Below, piece by piece: positions 22,172 to 47,377 of a stretch of DNA of 64,000 bases. The notes beneath the pieces are model-generated. The model saw only the letters and a list, made by a program, of their open reading frames with translations, did not search any database and was not told the origin of the DNA. The DNA is from the human T2T-CHM13v2.0 reference genome, Homo sapiens. Each line of letters opens with the position of its first letter. Position 1 is the first letter of the stretch. The position numbers were made by a program, and so were the translations under genes. The stretch is taken from assembly GCF_009914755.1 (NCBI RefSeq), contig NC_060930.1; one strand, 5' to 3'.

Positions 22172-23848
22172 TTATATGTACTCTTTTGTTATACATTTCA
22201 TGGCAAAAAAAAAAAAAAACAACGAAAAATCAAATGATTTGCTTAGCTTACAAAGGTCATCCACATTTTGTGGCATTTTTAAAAGGCTGATAATCACTAA
22301 GCTTACCATGCATAGGCATGGTTCTAAGTCTTTTTCCGTGTGTTAACTAATTGAACCTCACCATGACCCTATGAAATAGATCCCCATTTTACAGATGAGG
22401 AAGCTGAGGCTCTGGAGGGTAAGATAATTGGTCAAGATCACACAGCCACTAAGTGTCAGGGCCAGGCACTGGAAGGCTGCTGTGTGGCCTCATCACTCAC
22501 CATCTTAACCACTTTGCAAAAATGTTCTCAGTGTGTTCTTATCAGGATTTATTATTTTTAATTTAGCTGTGGCTTCAGTTGACTCTGAGTTTTCTGCCCT
22601 TGTGAAATAAAAGGGCATGAAACTTAGCTTGCAGTTACAGGAGATACATTTGTGACCTTCAGAGAAAGTCACTGGCAGAAGGCTCCCTGCCTGCCTTGAG
22701 TTTTTCCTTTGCCGTTACCCAGATTGACTTTCTTTCAAACCCAGACTGTGCCAATGGCTTTAATAAAAGTCAGGCTGAGTTTTGGGTTGCGCTTCTGGGC
22801 CAGAATCTTTTGGTTGACTCCATTTGCTGCATTCAACTTGTAACCTGCTCAAAGGCTCTGTTCTGGCTCCAGAGAGAGCAGAACCAGGAGCCCTGCCAGG
22901 GCGATGGTGGTGGAGCCATGAGTCGCCTGGGAAGGAACGCATTTGATGGATGGACGTGCTCTGCTCTCCTTTCATTATGAGGGTGTATCCTCCCCGTCCC
23001 TGCTCAGCAGACACAGCGGTTGAACTACTCAGAGACATGAGCATACATTATGGCCCAGAGATTTAGGAGCCCTGGTCCACTTTCAGGTCTGCTTCTGATG
23101 TGTGATGCAATTTGGGGCATGACTCAACCTGCCTTGACCTTCGTTTATCTACTTATAAAATGATGAGTAATGACAATGCTTCCTGGATGCTTTATAATTC
23201 TGGGTGCCAACCTGGACAAGCGCAGCTGTGCCCTTTCTTTCTACCTGCACACCAACAGCTGCACACCCAAGGAGCAAAGTGCATGGCAGGGCAGCCCTAA
23301 CCCCAGGACACTCACGCCTGCATGCTGGAGATTAGGTCTGCCCTGTTGTGTTCCCAAGTCCACTGTGCCCAGCACTGCCCAGCAATCCTGATGTCTTTGC
23401 CTGATTAACACAGTTTTTTTGCTCTCCACAACAAACATTTCACACCTCCTCCAGTCTTTTCAAACCTGCTCTTCCTCCTCACTCTCAAATCTCCCTTTTT
23501 ACTCTACCAAGAAAGAAAAGAATCAGTTTGAAATTTCCCAATCCTCCTGATAGCAAAATTAACCAACCGCATTTGCACCCAAGTGACTCTTCTTTCCCCA
23601 CCCGCAATAGAAGAAGCTGATGCCTGCAGCAATACTTGGGATCCTGCCCTCCCCTGCCTTCTCTGTTCCTTATTCTATTACTTGTCCTTCCTCTCTCTTA
23701 CGCATTCAGCCTCTACTTACCTGGACCCTGAAACACATTCAAGTCTCCTGTAATAAAACACCTTCACTAAACCTTCCATTCCCCTCCAGCTACCACTTTT
23801 CTCTCCCCACCTCAGCTAATCTTTTTATTTTGTTTTGTTTTGAGATAG

Positions 23849-24118
<270 letters not shown>

Positions 24119-25715
24119 TAGCCCCTCAGCTAAGCTTTTATTAGTTGTCTGCACTTGGCATTCCCACCTTTCCCCTCCCACTCACACAGCCCTCCCTGTC
24201 TGGCTCCCTGCAAAAGAAGGCGCCGTCTCTTCCTGCCCTTCTGTACATTCATATTTCAGCTGTGTCTCATCTAAATAGCACAGTCAGATGTTTTTAAAAA
24301 TCCAGTCATTGACTTTTTTTGTAGTATGTAACCTGTTCTAGTTTATTGTAACTACTTTTTTCTCCTGTGTTACTGTCTCTACCACCTTCTTTTCATCATT
24401 CTTTTTGGATTAAACAAGTCTGGCTTCTATCATTTCTGGTGGGCAGTAAAATGGTTAAATCTTACTGTTGATTCCATCATAGGTAACAGATCCTTTTTTT
24501 CTCTACCATTAAGATTTTCTCTTTGTCTTTGATTTTAAGCAATGTTATTATGATGTACCTATGTATAGTTTTTTTAAAAAATATTTTCCTCTTAAATCTG
24601 TGGTTTATTGTCTCTTGTTAGTCTTTAGAAATTCTTAACCATTATCTCTTCAAATATACCTTCTGCCCGATTTTTCTCTATATGAGAGTCCAAACATATA
24701 CTTTTTCATTATGTCCTGTATGTCTCTCTCCCTCTATCTCTCTCTCTCTGTCTCTTTCTCTCCCTCTCCCATCTTTCTGAGATGGGGGTCTCATTCTGTT
24801 GCCCAGGCTGGAATGCAGTGGCACAGCCCTAGCTCACTGCATCCCAGAACTCTTGGGCTTAGCAGGAGCACCCACTCACTATGTTGTGCAGACTGGTCAT
24901 GAACTCCTGGCCTCAAGCAGTCCTCCCACCTTGGCCTCCCAAAGCACTGGGGTTACAGGCATGAACCATGGTATTTGGCCCTGTATGTCTCTTATACTCT
25001 TTATTTTTCATTCATTTTTTCTCCTCTGTGCTTCACTCCAAATATTTTCCATTGACCCATCTTCCAGTTTACCAATCCTCCCTTCAGCTTAGTCTGATCT
25101 TATGTTAATTTAATTTGTGGAGTTCTTCATTTCAGTTGCCTTACTTTTTAGGCAACTTACTTTTTTTTTTTTTTTTTTTTTTTTGAGTTGAAGTCTCACT
25201 CTGTCACCTAGGCTGGAGGGCAGTGGTGTGATCTCGGCTCACTGCAACATCTGCCTCCTGGGTTCAAGCAATTCTCCTGCCTCATTCTCCTGAGTAGCTG
25301 GGATTATAGGTGTGCACCATCACACCAGGCTAATTTTTGTATTTTTAGTAGATTCAGGTTTCACCATGTTGGCCAGGCTGGTCTCAAATTCCTGACCTCA
25401 GATGATCTGCCTGCTTCGGTCTCCCAAAGTGTTGGGATTGCAGGTGTGAGCCACCATGCCCAGCCAAGGCCTTAATTTCTATTTGATTAATTATTATAAA
25501 TTCTAGTCCTCTGGAGAAATTTCTATTTGATTCTTTATTATATATTCTGGTTCTCTGGAGAAATACATTCTTTTCATATATTTTCTTGACCATATTAGTT
25601 ACAGTTATTTTAAAGTTTATATCTTTCAGTGCCAGTATCAGGATCACCCATGAGTCTATTTTTATTGTGCATTTTTTCCTCTTTGTTTTTGGTCACTTAC
25701 TCTTGGATCTTAGAC

Positions 25716-25830
25716 TTAGGATGACCAACCATCCCAGTTTACTCAGGACTCGCCTGGTTTTGGCAGTTCAAGTCTTGCATCCCAGGAAATTCCTTAGTCC
25801 TAAGGAAACTGGGACACTTGCTTACTTTTT
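25716..25830. mobile_element. MER94-like hAT MITE
   Basis: aggatgaccaaccatcccagttt...gggac pattern. Confidence 0.5.
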
Positions 25831-25911
25831 AGTCCTGGTATGCGTGGCAATTTTTTACTGAATGCTGGACATTGAGTATGAAAAACTGGGATAATTTGAG
25901 ATTCAAAAATA

Positions 25912-27473
<1,562 letters not shown>

Positions 27474-27650
27474 TTTTATTATGCTTCATAGAGAATTTGC
27501 TTTTGCTCTTAACACACAGAGTGGAGGCAAAGAATCTTTATCTAGTCTGAGGCTGAGCTGATTCAAAACTGGGTTTCCATTGATGAAGACAGGTCCATTT
27601 CCAGATGACTCTTCCTCCTAGTAAGGAAGTCTTTGGAGGATCCCAGCTGA

Positions 27651-29790
<2,140 letters not shown>

Positions 29791-30651
29791 CTCCCATGCT
29801 TGTTTCTTAGTTTCTTTTCAAGATGTTTTATAGTGTGGAGGAGCTAGTTGGGAATTCGAAGTAGAAATCAGTTAGGCTTGTCTTCCTATAAAAAGGCAGC
29901 ACAGAGATTGGTTGCATGCAAAGTATTTAAGCACGTTTAATAGTGATAAGGTAGCTGATTGTATCTTTTAGGCCCAGGAATTTTGTGCTAATTAATAACA
30001 TTCATTAGCCTCTCCTTATCTACATCGTATAAGCTTGGAGTACCCTAGACTGTGATGATAGTTTTATTTTTCATTTTAGGTAACCAGAAAAATTCAGATA
30101 CAATTTACTGTTACCATTGGGTGCACACTTTACTTGCTTTATTCTATTTATTCCTCACCATAGCCCTGTGAGATCAGTATGGTTTTTTCCAGTTAGACTT
30201 TGCCACAGCTAATGAGTGGCAGCACTAGCATTTGAGTCCAGGTCTATCTGATTCCCAGTCGCAGCCACTTAGCCCCAGACTGTGCCGCTTTCCGCATAGC
30301 TGTCCTGCCATGGATATTATCTTGGCCTCCTGGGAGTGATCTTGCAGAATTGCATAGGAGCTAGTCCATTTCGCCCCAAGCAATTTGTGTTAAAGAATGA
30401 GATCGTGTAACATTTATTGCTAGGCAAAAACTGTATCTAGGCAAGAGAGGGCCTTCTGAGGATTCTCTATCTCCTTGAGATAGAACATGTGGCAACTTAT
30501 TTTGGCAAAGTACAAGCTGGTGCATTATTAACTTGATGTGAGTCAGGATACATGCTGTATGAGTTTTTATTTATGTGCTGTCTTGAAACCAGAACATCAA
30601 AAAAGTGAATTAACTGAAGTAACTTATTATATCTGTTATTCTTGATTTCAG

Positions 30652-30830
30652 GGAAGTTTAATTAGCATTGACAGCACCTGTACAGAGATGGGCAATTTTG
30701 ACAATGCTAATGTCACTGGAGAAATAGAATTTGCCATTCATTATTGCTTCAAAACCCATTCTTTAGAAATATGCATCAAGGCCTGTAAGAACCTTGCCTA
30801 TGGAGAAGAAAAGAAGAAAAAGTGCAATCC
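30652..30830 (+). CDS. SYTL3: SYTL3 coding exon, start of C2A (GSLISIDS...VTGEIEFAIHY...NLAYGEEKKKKCNP)
   Basis: tttcag acceptor, gtaagt donor at 30831; 179 nt open frame with Slp-family C2 strands. Confidence 0.95.
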
Positions 30831-30849
30831 GTAAGTTGTTTTTTTTAAG

Positions 30850-31085
30850 TTTAACATGAGACATATTGATTCCAAAATGTATATGAAAAAGTAAAAGTCT
30901 AAGAATAACCAAGACAATTATTAAAAAAAAAAAACAAAATGAAAAGGCTTACTTCAAGTATTATTATAAAGCTGTAGCAATGCAAACAATGTGTTATTGA
31001 TACAAGGACAGAACAAGTCAGGAAAGTAGAATCAAAAGTCCAGATACAGACCTTAGCGTATATGAAAACTTACATGATCAAGGAG
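30850..31085 (+). mobile_element. Old L1 ORF2 fragment
   Basis: tattataaagctgtagcaat...gtgttattgatacaaggacaga...agaatcaaaagtccaga. Confidence 0.6.
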
Positions 31086-31450
31086 TGTCTTAGTCCATTT
31101 CGGCTGCTGTGACAGAATACCATAGACCAGGTGGCTTATAAACAAGACAAATACATATCTCACAGTTCTGGAGGCTGGGAAGTCGAAGCTCAAGGTGCTG
31201 GTAGATTTGGTATCTAGTGAGGGCCCCCTTTCTGGTTCTTAGATGACTGTTTTCTTGTGTCCTCCCATGGTAGAAGGGACAAGGCAGCTCTCTTCGGGCC
31301 TCTTTTATGAGGGCACTAATCTTGTTCATGAGGGCTGCACCCTCATGACCTAATCACTTCCCAGAGACCCTACCTCCTAATACCATCACATTGTAGGTCA
31401 GGCTTCAACTATGAATTGGTGAGCGGGGTGGACATAAACATTCAGTTGTG
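31086..31450. mobile_element. MLT1A-like MaLR LTR inserted in an L1 fragment
   Basis: tgtcttagtccattt...tctcacagttctggaggctgggaagtc...ccctcatgacctaatcac. Confidence 0.75.
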
Positions 31451-31606
31451 GAGCTATTACAGATCAGTGGGGAAAAGTGGACTTCAATAAATGATGTTGA
31501 AAAATTTGGCTTTCCACGCAGGAAATACAAAATTAAAATCTTGATTCACACAATCCATAAAGAGATTTAAAATGTTATTCTCACTGACAGACATGAAAAG
31601 GTGTAG

Positions 31607-36285
<4,679 letters not shown>

Positions 36286-37117
36286 TCCTGGCCGATTTCG
36301 AGTATTTTCACAAAAAGCTTAACCTAGGGGGAAGAAGAGACCCAAGACTGGGGCTAAAGAAGGGCACAGATAGAGGAGGCTCACTGTGATTTTTTACTTT
36401 GGAAAGTAGAGCCTGTTTCTAGCCTGTGGAGAGGGGGCTTGGGCTGCTGCTGGTTGGGGGGTCATTGCCATCACTGGGGCTGCCAGAGGAGCCATGAAGG
36501 GCAGCGTAGGGGCCTGTATGGAGGGGTCAGCCTAGAACAGGACAGGACATGTCTTCCTCTCCGCCTGGATTTCAGGGGCTGGGTGAGTGCAGATGGAGAC
36601 ATCTGTCATGCTGCGTGCGACCTCTAGACTCAGCAGAATCCCACTTCTCAGCGGTTGGGAGGAGCAGAGTCTTTGAGGCCCCTGCAAGGAAACAGCACAG
36701 TGCGAGGCATATGCTTTCTACTTCCACTTTTTTTTCTTTTGCAGGTGGTGGGTGGCAGAAGGGACGGGAATCCGGCTCATGGCCTTGACATCCAGGCAGG
36801 CGAGAGAATCTCTAGTTCCATGGTCTTCGCCAAATGGAGTAGGGCCTGAGGAAGGCAGGACGAGCTTCACACCCCCAGGAATATTCCAGAGGGTTATGTG
36901 GCTAGCATTTGACCATAGACTGCATGGATCAGAAGCTGCCCACCCAGCACTAACGTTGCTCACTATTAGGCTATTAAGTCCTTTCTATCAACCCAAAAAT
37001 TCCAGCAGGAAACCTGGTAAAGAAAACGCTGGCATGTGGGTTCTCTGCTGCCCCCAAACTCTTTATCCACCCCTTTCCCTGAGTTCTCACTCTGTCCCCG
37101 CTGTGTTTGGCCCCTAG

Positions 37118-37220
37118 GTATGTGAAGACCTACCTGTTGCCCGACAGATCCTCCCAGGGAAAGCGCAAGACTGGAGTCCAAAGGAACACCGTGGACCCGA
37201 CCTTTCAGGAGACCTTGAAG
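37118..37220 (+). CDS. SYTL3: SYTL3 coding exon, C2A ([34 protein letters not shown])
   Basis: cctag acceptor, gtactt donor; YVKxYLLPD...KRKT C2 motif; phase matches flanking exons. Confidence 0.96.
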
Positions 37221-38160
37221 GTACTTGCTGGACAGATATTCCTGTGCAGAGTCCTCCCGAGCCCGGGTGGAGCGCCTGGGGCAGAGTCCAGTGGATGGTG
37301 CTTTCAAACTCTTGACTCAGTTAGATATAATACAGACACCTATATGTTTCTTCGCAGCTCTGTCAATCAGTGTTAAGTTGGTAGAAAATAAATGTCAGCC
37401 TTTGTACAGGAAAAGTGCAGAGTCTGCCAGACTCAGGAATGGCTTTTGATTAATGATTTCTGAGAAGATGGTGAAAAAGAACCTGGCTGCCTCTTTGTCT
37501 CGGGCTAACACCGGGGCACAGGATAATTTTAAACATTAGTTTGTCTTAGTGAATGTTTCTGTCAAAGAGGTGCTCTCAGACAGAGTGCCCTGAAAATTAA
37601 ACTCCTGAGTTACTGTCTTTGTAAAAGTGCCCCTTTATTGTATTTCTGACAAACTCAGGTTTCTTCTAATTTTATTTTTTTTAAATGAATCCTTTTATGA
37701 AAAATCTTACAAAGGAATTGTTTGGGTTTTCACTTTCTATGATACTAGGAAATGTGATTGATGGTTGAGGGCAGAGATGGGGCCATGCGCTCTGATGTCG
37801 GGTGGAAGGCTGCAGCTGAGGTCTGGTATCTGCAGAGAGCTGGCTGTGGTGGCCCCAATCTTGGTGCAGGGTGAGGGGGGTAGCCCAGAGCTGCAGAGGC
37901 TACCCTGCCGGGGCTGGGCAGCCAGAGGTCCCCTCGTCTCATGCCTATGACAGGAGAGGGCTTTGTTTGCCTTTCTTGGCAAGTAGGGGGTGTCTGTGAG
38001 CTGCCAGCCGGGGGCCATCTGGGCAGCTGGCACAGAGCCCTGAGTTCATTAAATAATAATAGCCCTTGTTTCCTGGGTCCCTACTGTGGCCAAGTGCTTT
38101 ATATACAGCCTGGGGTAATTATTAGAATCCTCATTTACCCACGGGGAAACTGAGACCTAG

Positions 38161-38941
<781 letters not shown>

Positions 38942-39722
38942 TTATATAATTGGAGTTAAAAGGTTACCTACCTTAAAATGTACACAGAATCTCAAAGATA
39001 TCACTTAAAATTTTTATCCATGGGTCTTATCTAGTATATTGTGAATATTTTATAGTCCTGGGAAACTTTCCAGTTACAATTAAAATAATCGGCATCTCTA
39101 ATTGATCCTAAATGCAAAATATCCCAACACCGGCCAGCCTCATCCTTAATAGAAATATGCATAAGATGCGAAGGATGGGAAGCCGGGGAGGCCGATCCAG
39201 CATTAAAAGTCTCACTAGAAGCCAGTATTTCCAATCACAATCACACCTTTGTGCAGCACCCAGGCTTTGTGCGACCTGAGGTGAGCCATCAGAGTACGAT
39301 TCAGGTGGATGAGGCTGTGAGAACTGTCTCCAGCCAGTTTTGAGAGAAGTGCACATCAAATGCGAGGATCTAGAAATTGATCCTCAAATTTTTCTGAGCA
39401 GAGTACTTCTTGGCAAGCCTTTCTGGACCCAGGGAGACTTGTACCCCATTTGACACCACTGTCCTGGGGGCCTGGAGAGGATGAAGTGATCTCACTGGGT
39501 GACATTGGTCATTGCCTGGCCCTGCTCTCAAATGATCCTTACACCTCATTCCCAGCTGAGCCTGGAGCAAGCCTTGTGGACCTAACAGGGCTATGGAAAA
39601 TAGGTCTGGTTTGAAAAGGTAGATTCTAGGCTGGGTGCGGTGGCTCACGCCTGTAATCCCAGCACTTTGGGAGGCCGAGGCAGGCGGATCATGAGGTCAG
39701 GAGATCGAGACCATCCTGGCTA

Positions 39723-40148
<426 letters not shown>

Positions 40149-40378
40149 CTAACTGATAAGGAGTGTAGCTGGAATATGGGGAATAATCACATCAATCCAG
40201 AGTTTATAGACAGAGATTGAATGTGGGGCAGAGTCGGAAATGGACCCGTGGGCTGGGTGTGGAGGCTCACGCTTGTAATCCCAGAACTTTGAGAGGCTGA
40301 GACGGGTGGAGGGCTTGAGCCCAGGAGTTTGAGACCAGCCTGGGCAATGTAGAGAGACCCCATCTCTACAAGAAATTA

Positions 40379-40573
<195 letters not shown>

Positions 40574-41433
40574 CTAAAAGTTACCCAAAGGCAGGAGAAA
40601 AGGGAATGTGACCCAAGAAATGCCCATCTCCATGGCCACAAGCCACCCCAGCGGGGAGGAAAAGGAGGAATGAACTGAGGAAGCTAACCTGGCCAGCCAA
40701 GCCATGTGTGCCTGGCCTGCAGACATCAGAAGTGTGGACAGAGCCTACAGGCAGCCCCCAACAGAGCAGGGGACGGCCCTGCTGCGCCTCCCCTCTGTTT
40801 GCAGAGGCTGAAGGAGGGAAATTACCGTGTCTCAGTTCCTGTTTTATTCCATCTCGTTCCTCGATTGGAAAGATGGGTAAAGGTGGGCATGAGGAGATGA
40901 ACCCCAAAGCAAACAAACCGCACAGCTGCTGCAAATGGGTGCAAGTGTCCAGCCTCACAGCAACAGCCGTGTCACGAGGAGTCACCATTCAAACCCCAAA
41001 CAAGCGCCGGAGTGGGGGCAGCATGGGCCACAGAGGTCAGCAGCGAGACTCGGGCCTGGACACAGTCAGTGCACGTGAATCTGGCCTGCAGTGTCGGCTA
41101 CCAGACCAAGGGAGGGAGGGTCACTGAATTTCCAAGCTGCTTTTTTTTCACCTGCAACATGGTTTGAATTATACTGACCTCATAGGGTGCGTGTGAAAGC
41201 TAAAAAGATCAATGCATCTAGAAAGCCTGGTGTGAAATAAATAAGTGTTCAATAACTTGTAGGGTTTGTTCATTATTGAGAAAATCCAACTAATAAGCTT
41301 AAAGTGAGGCCCTCAGAGGCTGAGGTGGAGTCAGCCACACCTTGGGAAGGGCTGGGTGCCACTGAGGGGCCTTCGGCCTCTAGTCTCTATGGGGCAGAAC
41401 CCATGCTTGGCTGGGGAATGGGTTCCCTCGTCA

Positions 41434-41898
<465 letters not shown>

Positions 41899-41904
41899 TC
41901 AAAA

Positions 41905-41941
<37 letters not shown>

Positions 41942-42402
41942 TATTTTTGGGCCTGTTATCATTATTTTTGGCCAAGCCTGGCTGGGTGCAGTGTTTAGAT
42001 GCAAGTTCAAATCCTGTGCGAGCATAGACTTTGGCTTGATTTCTAGTAGGCGTGAGCTGGACAAGGACTTTCATCCTTGTCTTGTTCTAGGAATTGGGGG
42101 TGGGAGGCTACCAGGGCTACCCTTGCCTGTCCCCAGGCAGAGCACTGGGCACCTGGGGAGTAGGGGGAGGGGTTCTTGAGCAGAGAGAGGACCCCCCCCG
42201 CCCCACCCTGGCTGTAAGCACCTTGACCCACCCTAACCACATCAGGTCCCTGGCTGCATCCGCATCTTGGACTCAGCCTGTGGGAGGGAGGCCTGCGCCA
42301 GGCCCCGGGAAGTGGGGCCCTGGAAGGTGGGGTCCAGAGATGGGGATCCTAGGAGTGCGGGCCCCGGGAGCCCAGCTGACCATCTCTTCCTTGCCTCTGC
42401 AG

Positions 42403-42573
42403 TATCAGGTGGCCCCTGCCCAGCTGGTGACCCGGCAGCTGCAGGTCTCGGTGTGGCATCTGGGCACGCTGGCCCGGAGAGTGTTTCTTGGAGAAGTGAT
42501 CATTCCTCTGGCCACGTGGGACTTTGAAGACAGCACAACACAGTCCTTCCGCTGGCATCCGCTCCGGGCCAAG
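42403..42573 (+). CDS. SYTL3: SYTL3 coding exon, end of C2A (YQVAPAQLVTRQLQVSVWH...FLGEVIIPL...WHPLRAK)
   Basis: ctgcag acceptor, gtgatg donor; 171 nt; LxVSVW and FLGEV C2 motifs. Confidence 0.96.
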
Positions 42574-43421
42574 GTGATGTCTGGTTTTGGACTGAGTGCC
42601 CTCCATCCCCACTGTGATAGATAAATAACTTTTCAGAGAGATCCCAGAAGAGAAAACGTACCTGGCAAGACTTGGACCCAAGACTGTGTGTTCGCCGGCC
42701 TGGCGCTGTGACTTTGAAATAGTTACTTTCTTGTGGGTGGGGTGGGCGGAGGGTTTGTTTTAACTGGCTCAGCTCTGTTCAGGTACCCGAACAGCCCCCG
42801 CCTCAGCATCATACACAGACCAGACTGGATCAGGTCCTGTGGCTTCCCCTGGCGGAGGCCTCCCTTTGCTGGTGGCTGACCTGCTGGAAGCTGGCCATGC
42901 CTTTCCCTGGGGGCACCGCCCGCAGCTATGCGGTCCCCCAGGGGGCTACAGTGTGTTGTTTCTAACCTTTCAACCCCAGGCACTCTCAATAATAGGTGAC
43001 AATAACTAACAGTAATAGGTGACAAATGGCTGGACCCGATGCTGTGAGGAAGGCAGAGGCCGCCCTGGCTAGGATGTGGGGCTCCAGCTCCTGGTTTGGA
43101 ATTGCACGGCGGGAGATAGATAGCACGTGGGCTGGGGGTGGGTCAGAGGAGCTGATGGACTCCATTTAGGATCCGTGTCCCCCAGGCTATGCAGGTAGGA
43201 GGAGAGGCCTGGGAGAGAGGTTAGCATTTCTCGGAGACGCTGCTTTGTACTTTGCTGTGTCCAGATCCCGGACTGGGAGAGAGTTCATGTGAGACCACGA
43301 GGGATGAAAAACGTGGGCTTCTGCCATCTCTTTAAAAACCCCAGTGGGGAGCCTGGACACGGTGGCTCTTGACTGTAATCCCAGCACTTTGGGAGGCCGA
43401 GGCGGGCAGATCACAAGGTCA

Positions 43422-43805
<384 letters not shown>

Positions 43806-44390
43806 TCAGCTGAGGCCTCCTGGTGAGCCACCTGCCCCCTCCCTGCTCCTCCAGGCAATGCCCACTCTCCCACTGCCTGTGCTGACTCCCCCAAGCTAGA
43901 GTCCGGGCTTAGACCTCCCCTTCCCAGTGCCTACCTGGAATGCATCCCCTATCCAAGGTCAGCCCAAGACGACCCAAAACCCACCTCCTCCAGGAAGCCA
44001 TTCCTGATTACCCCTACCAGAAGTGGCCTCCCTTCCAGGACCCGGAGCTCAGGACGCCTGCCATCTCGGCCTGATCTTTAGCCTCAGTGTCCCTTTGCTC
44101 CTGCCCCAGCCACGTTGCGGGTGGGTGAAGCATCTGGCTTCCATGCCTTCCGTGCCTTCCTCTCACCCCCGCTCTGTCATCTCTCAGAACAGCATTGGCT
44201 CCTCCGGGACGCCCTGAGTTTCCAGCCTGAACTCCTTCTGTCCGAGGCTGAATCCCCCGTGCACCCTGCCTCTCCCACACCTCTGTCATCAGCTCGAAGA
44301 CAAGGCCTGGAACAAGCACAGGGCTTGGCATAGGACAGGCGGCCACCAGGCCTCATCAGACTGAGCCTGCTCTGGCAAGTGGGTGAGGAG

Positions 44391-44441
44391 CAGGTGGCAC
44401 AGAGCTGCAGGTGGCACAGAGCTGCAGGTGGCACAGAGCTG
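44391..44441 (+). repeat. 17-bp minisatellite CAGGTGGCACAGAGCTG x3
   Basis: three perfect tandem copies. Confidence 0.95.
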
Positions 44442-44683
44442 CAAGGCATCCCTCCTAAAGCCAGTAGGGTGGGGAGTCCGCCCACAGACCCGCCCCTGGG
44501 CTCTGTTCCGCCTCGGTTTCTGGCCGCTGAGGCTGGAGGCAGCCATACCTCATTTGGCACCCGAGGGCCAGGAAGACGGGCTGGCCCACGCGGGCTCCCA
44601 GGAGTCCTGAGGCCTCTGAGGGTAACTGAGAGGGCTGCTTCTCAGTGCTGGCAGGAGCCATGGTGGACCGGATGTGTCAAGAC

Positions 44684-45194
<511 letters not shown>

Positions 45195-45832
45195 CTCTAG
45201 ACTCTTCCCAATACTCTCCTCCCACCCCACTGGGAGAAGGATGGTGTGGATTTCAGGCTCATCTCTTTCCCGGCCCTCTCTTCACTCACTTTCTGGTAAA
45301 ACCACTCATGACAGAAGTGCCTCGGTGGGCAGGGAGGTGTCCTCAGACTCACCACACCCTGAGGGGCCACCCCCTGTGGCTCTGGACAGAGACTACACCC
45401 CATGCTGTCCCCAGTGTCTGTGCCAGTCCTTGGCATGGAAGGGCAGCGTGAATCTCTACTGACCTGGGTGGGGTGGATGGGGTGGAGGCTTGAGTTCATT
45501 TCTGTTTTTCAAACTCAGGCTGTGTCTGGGTTTTCGTAGAAATGTCTTAGGGAGTGTGCAGTGCCCTTGAGTCCCTTCACTTCCTCAGGCTCATCTGGCT
45601 CTGGTTCGCTGGGGTGGCCAAGCTGTTCCTCCCCATGCTGGGGTTGGGGAGGGTGGGAGTGAAACCATAGATGGAAGGAAGACCAGTCCTGCCACGGACA
45701 CACCTGCTCCACCCAGGGCCTTGCAGGGGCCAGGGGGAAGCATCTGTGGACGAAGCTGAGACAACCAGAGGAACCCAGAAGGTTCTTGGGACTTGGGGAA
45801 TCCTGTCCCTAAGCTCTGCCTCTTGTCCCCAG

Positions 45833-45938
45833 GCGGAGAAATACGAAGACAGCGTTCCTCAGAGTAATGGAGAGCTCACAGTCCGGGCTAAGCTGGTTCT
45901 CCCTTCACGGCCCAGAAAACTCCAAGAGGCTCAAGAAG
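45833..45938 (+). CDS. SYTL3: SYTL3 coding exon, start of C2B (AEKYEDSVPQSNGELTVRAKLVLPSRPRKLQEAQE)
   Basis: ccccag acceptor, gtcagt donor; 106 nt, phase 0/1. Confidence 0.94.
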
Positions 45939-46319
45939 GTCAGTGGCCTCCAGCTCCCTGGACATTGTCTGTGTCATTGTCTGCAGAGCCTGGTGCTGCA
46001 GGCAGACTGAGGTGGGGTGAAAGTTTTCTAGCATTTCCTTTCTACATCCCCGTGCCCAGCTCCAGCAGCTCTTCTTTCTGAGCCATGCAGCGAGCCCGGG
46101 AGAGGTTCTCTGGAGCCCGTAGTGGGGGAAACGGGTGACCAGAAGCAGACAAGGCCTCTGATGCCCTCTCTACGCTCCTCTAAGGACACTGCCCTAGGCC
46201 TTCCTCCCAGGGGCAGATTGGATGGTCTCTGGGGAAACCGTGGCCCCTCCTGAAGAGCAGAGGCTCCATGACAATGTGGAGCCAAGAGCACTGGTACCTG
46301 CAGGGCTCAGACGAGATAA

Positions 46320-46712
<393 letters not shown>

Positions 46713-47274
46713 TAGCCAGGATGGTCTCGATCTCCTGACCTCATGATCCGCCCACCTTGGCTTTCCAAAGTGCTGGGATTACAGGCGTGAGCCACCACGC
46801 CCGGCCCAGAATGCACATTTCTGTTGTGTATTTTGCTGACTCCCTATTTGGCTAGAAGAGGAAATTCTGCTACCCAAGTTCACGGGGTCACCAGCAGACC
46901 AGCAGCAAGTGCCCCATGGCCATCCCAACCTCCTAGACAGGGTCTCGGGGCTCTCACTTTCCCCCAAACTTCTGGCTACAACTAGACTCAAACTTCGGCA
47001 TCTTCCCTCTCCTTGCGTTCCTCTTTACTCTTTGCTAGGATCTTAGTAATCCCTCCATCCTGTCCTCCACCTGACCACAGAGCGGCACGGTGTGGGCAGC
47101 GCCACAGCCTGTGGGCAGGGCCAGCAGAGCCCACTGCACCACTCCCATCTGCTCTCTCGGGGTCTGAGGGCTGTAGCAGATTCTCTAGCTGAGCTCTCGG
47201 TTTTGGGGTGGTGGTACTGCATACTAACGTATCAGGAGACATGGTTTGACAGTGAATACTGGCTTTCCTTCCAG

Positions 47275-47377
47275 GGACAGATCAGCCATCACTTCATGGT
47301 CAACTTTGTTTGGTAGTGCTAGGAGCCAAGAATTTACCTGTGCGGCCAGATGGCACCTTGAACTCATTTGTTAAGGG
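47275..47377 (+). CDS. SYTL3: SYTL3 coding exon, C2B (GTDQPSLHGQLCLVVLGAKNLPVRPDGTLNSFVK)
   Basis: ttccag acceptor, gtaggt donor; 103 nt, phase 1/2; AKNL...SFVK C2 motif. Confidence 0.95.
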
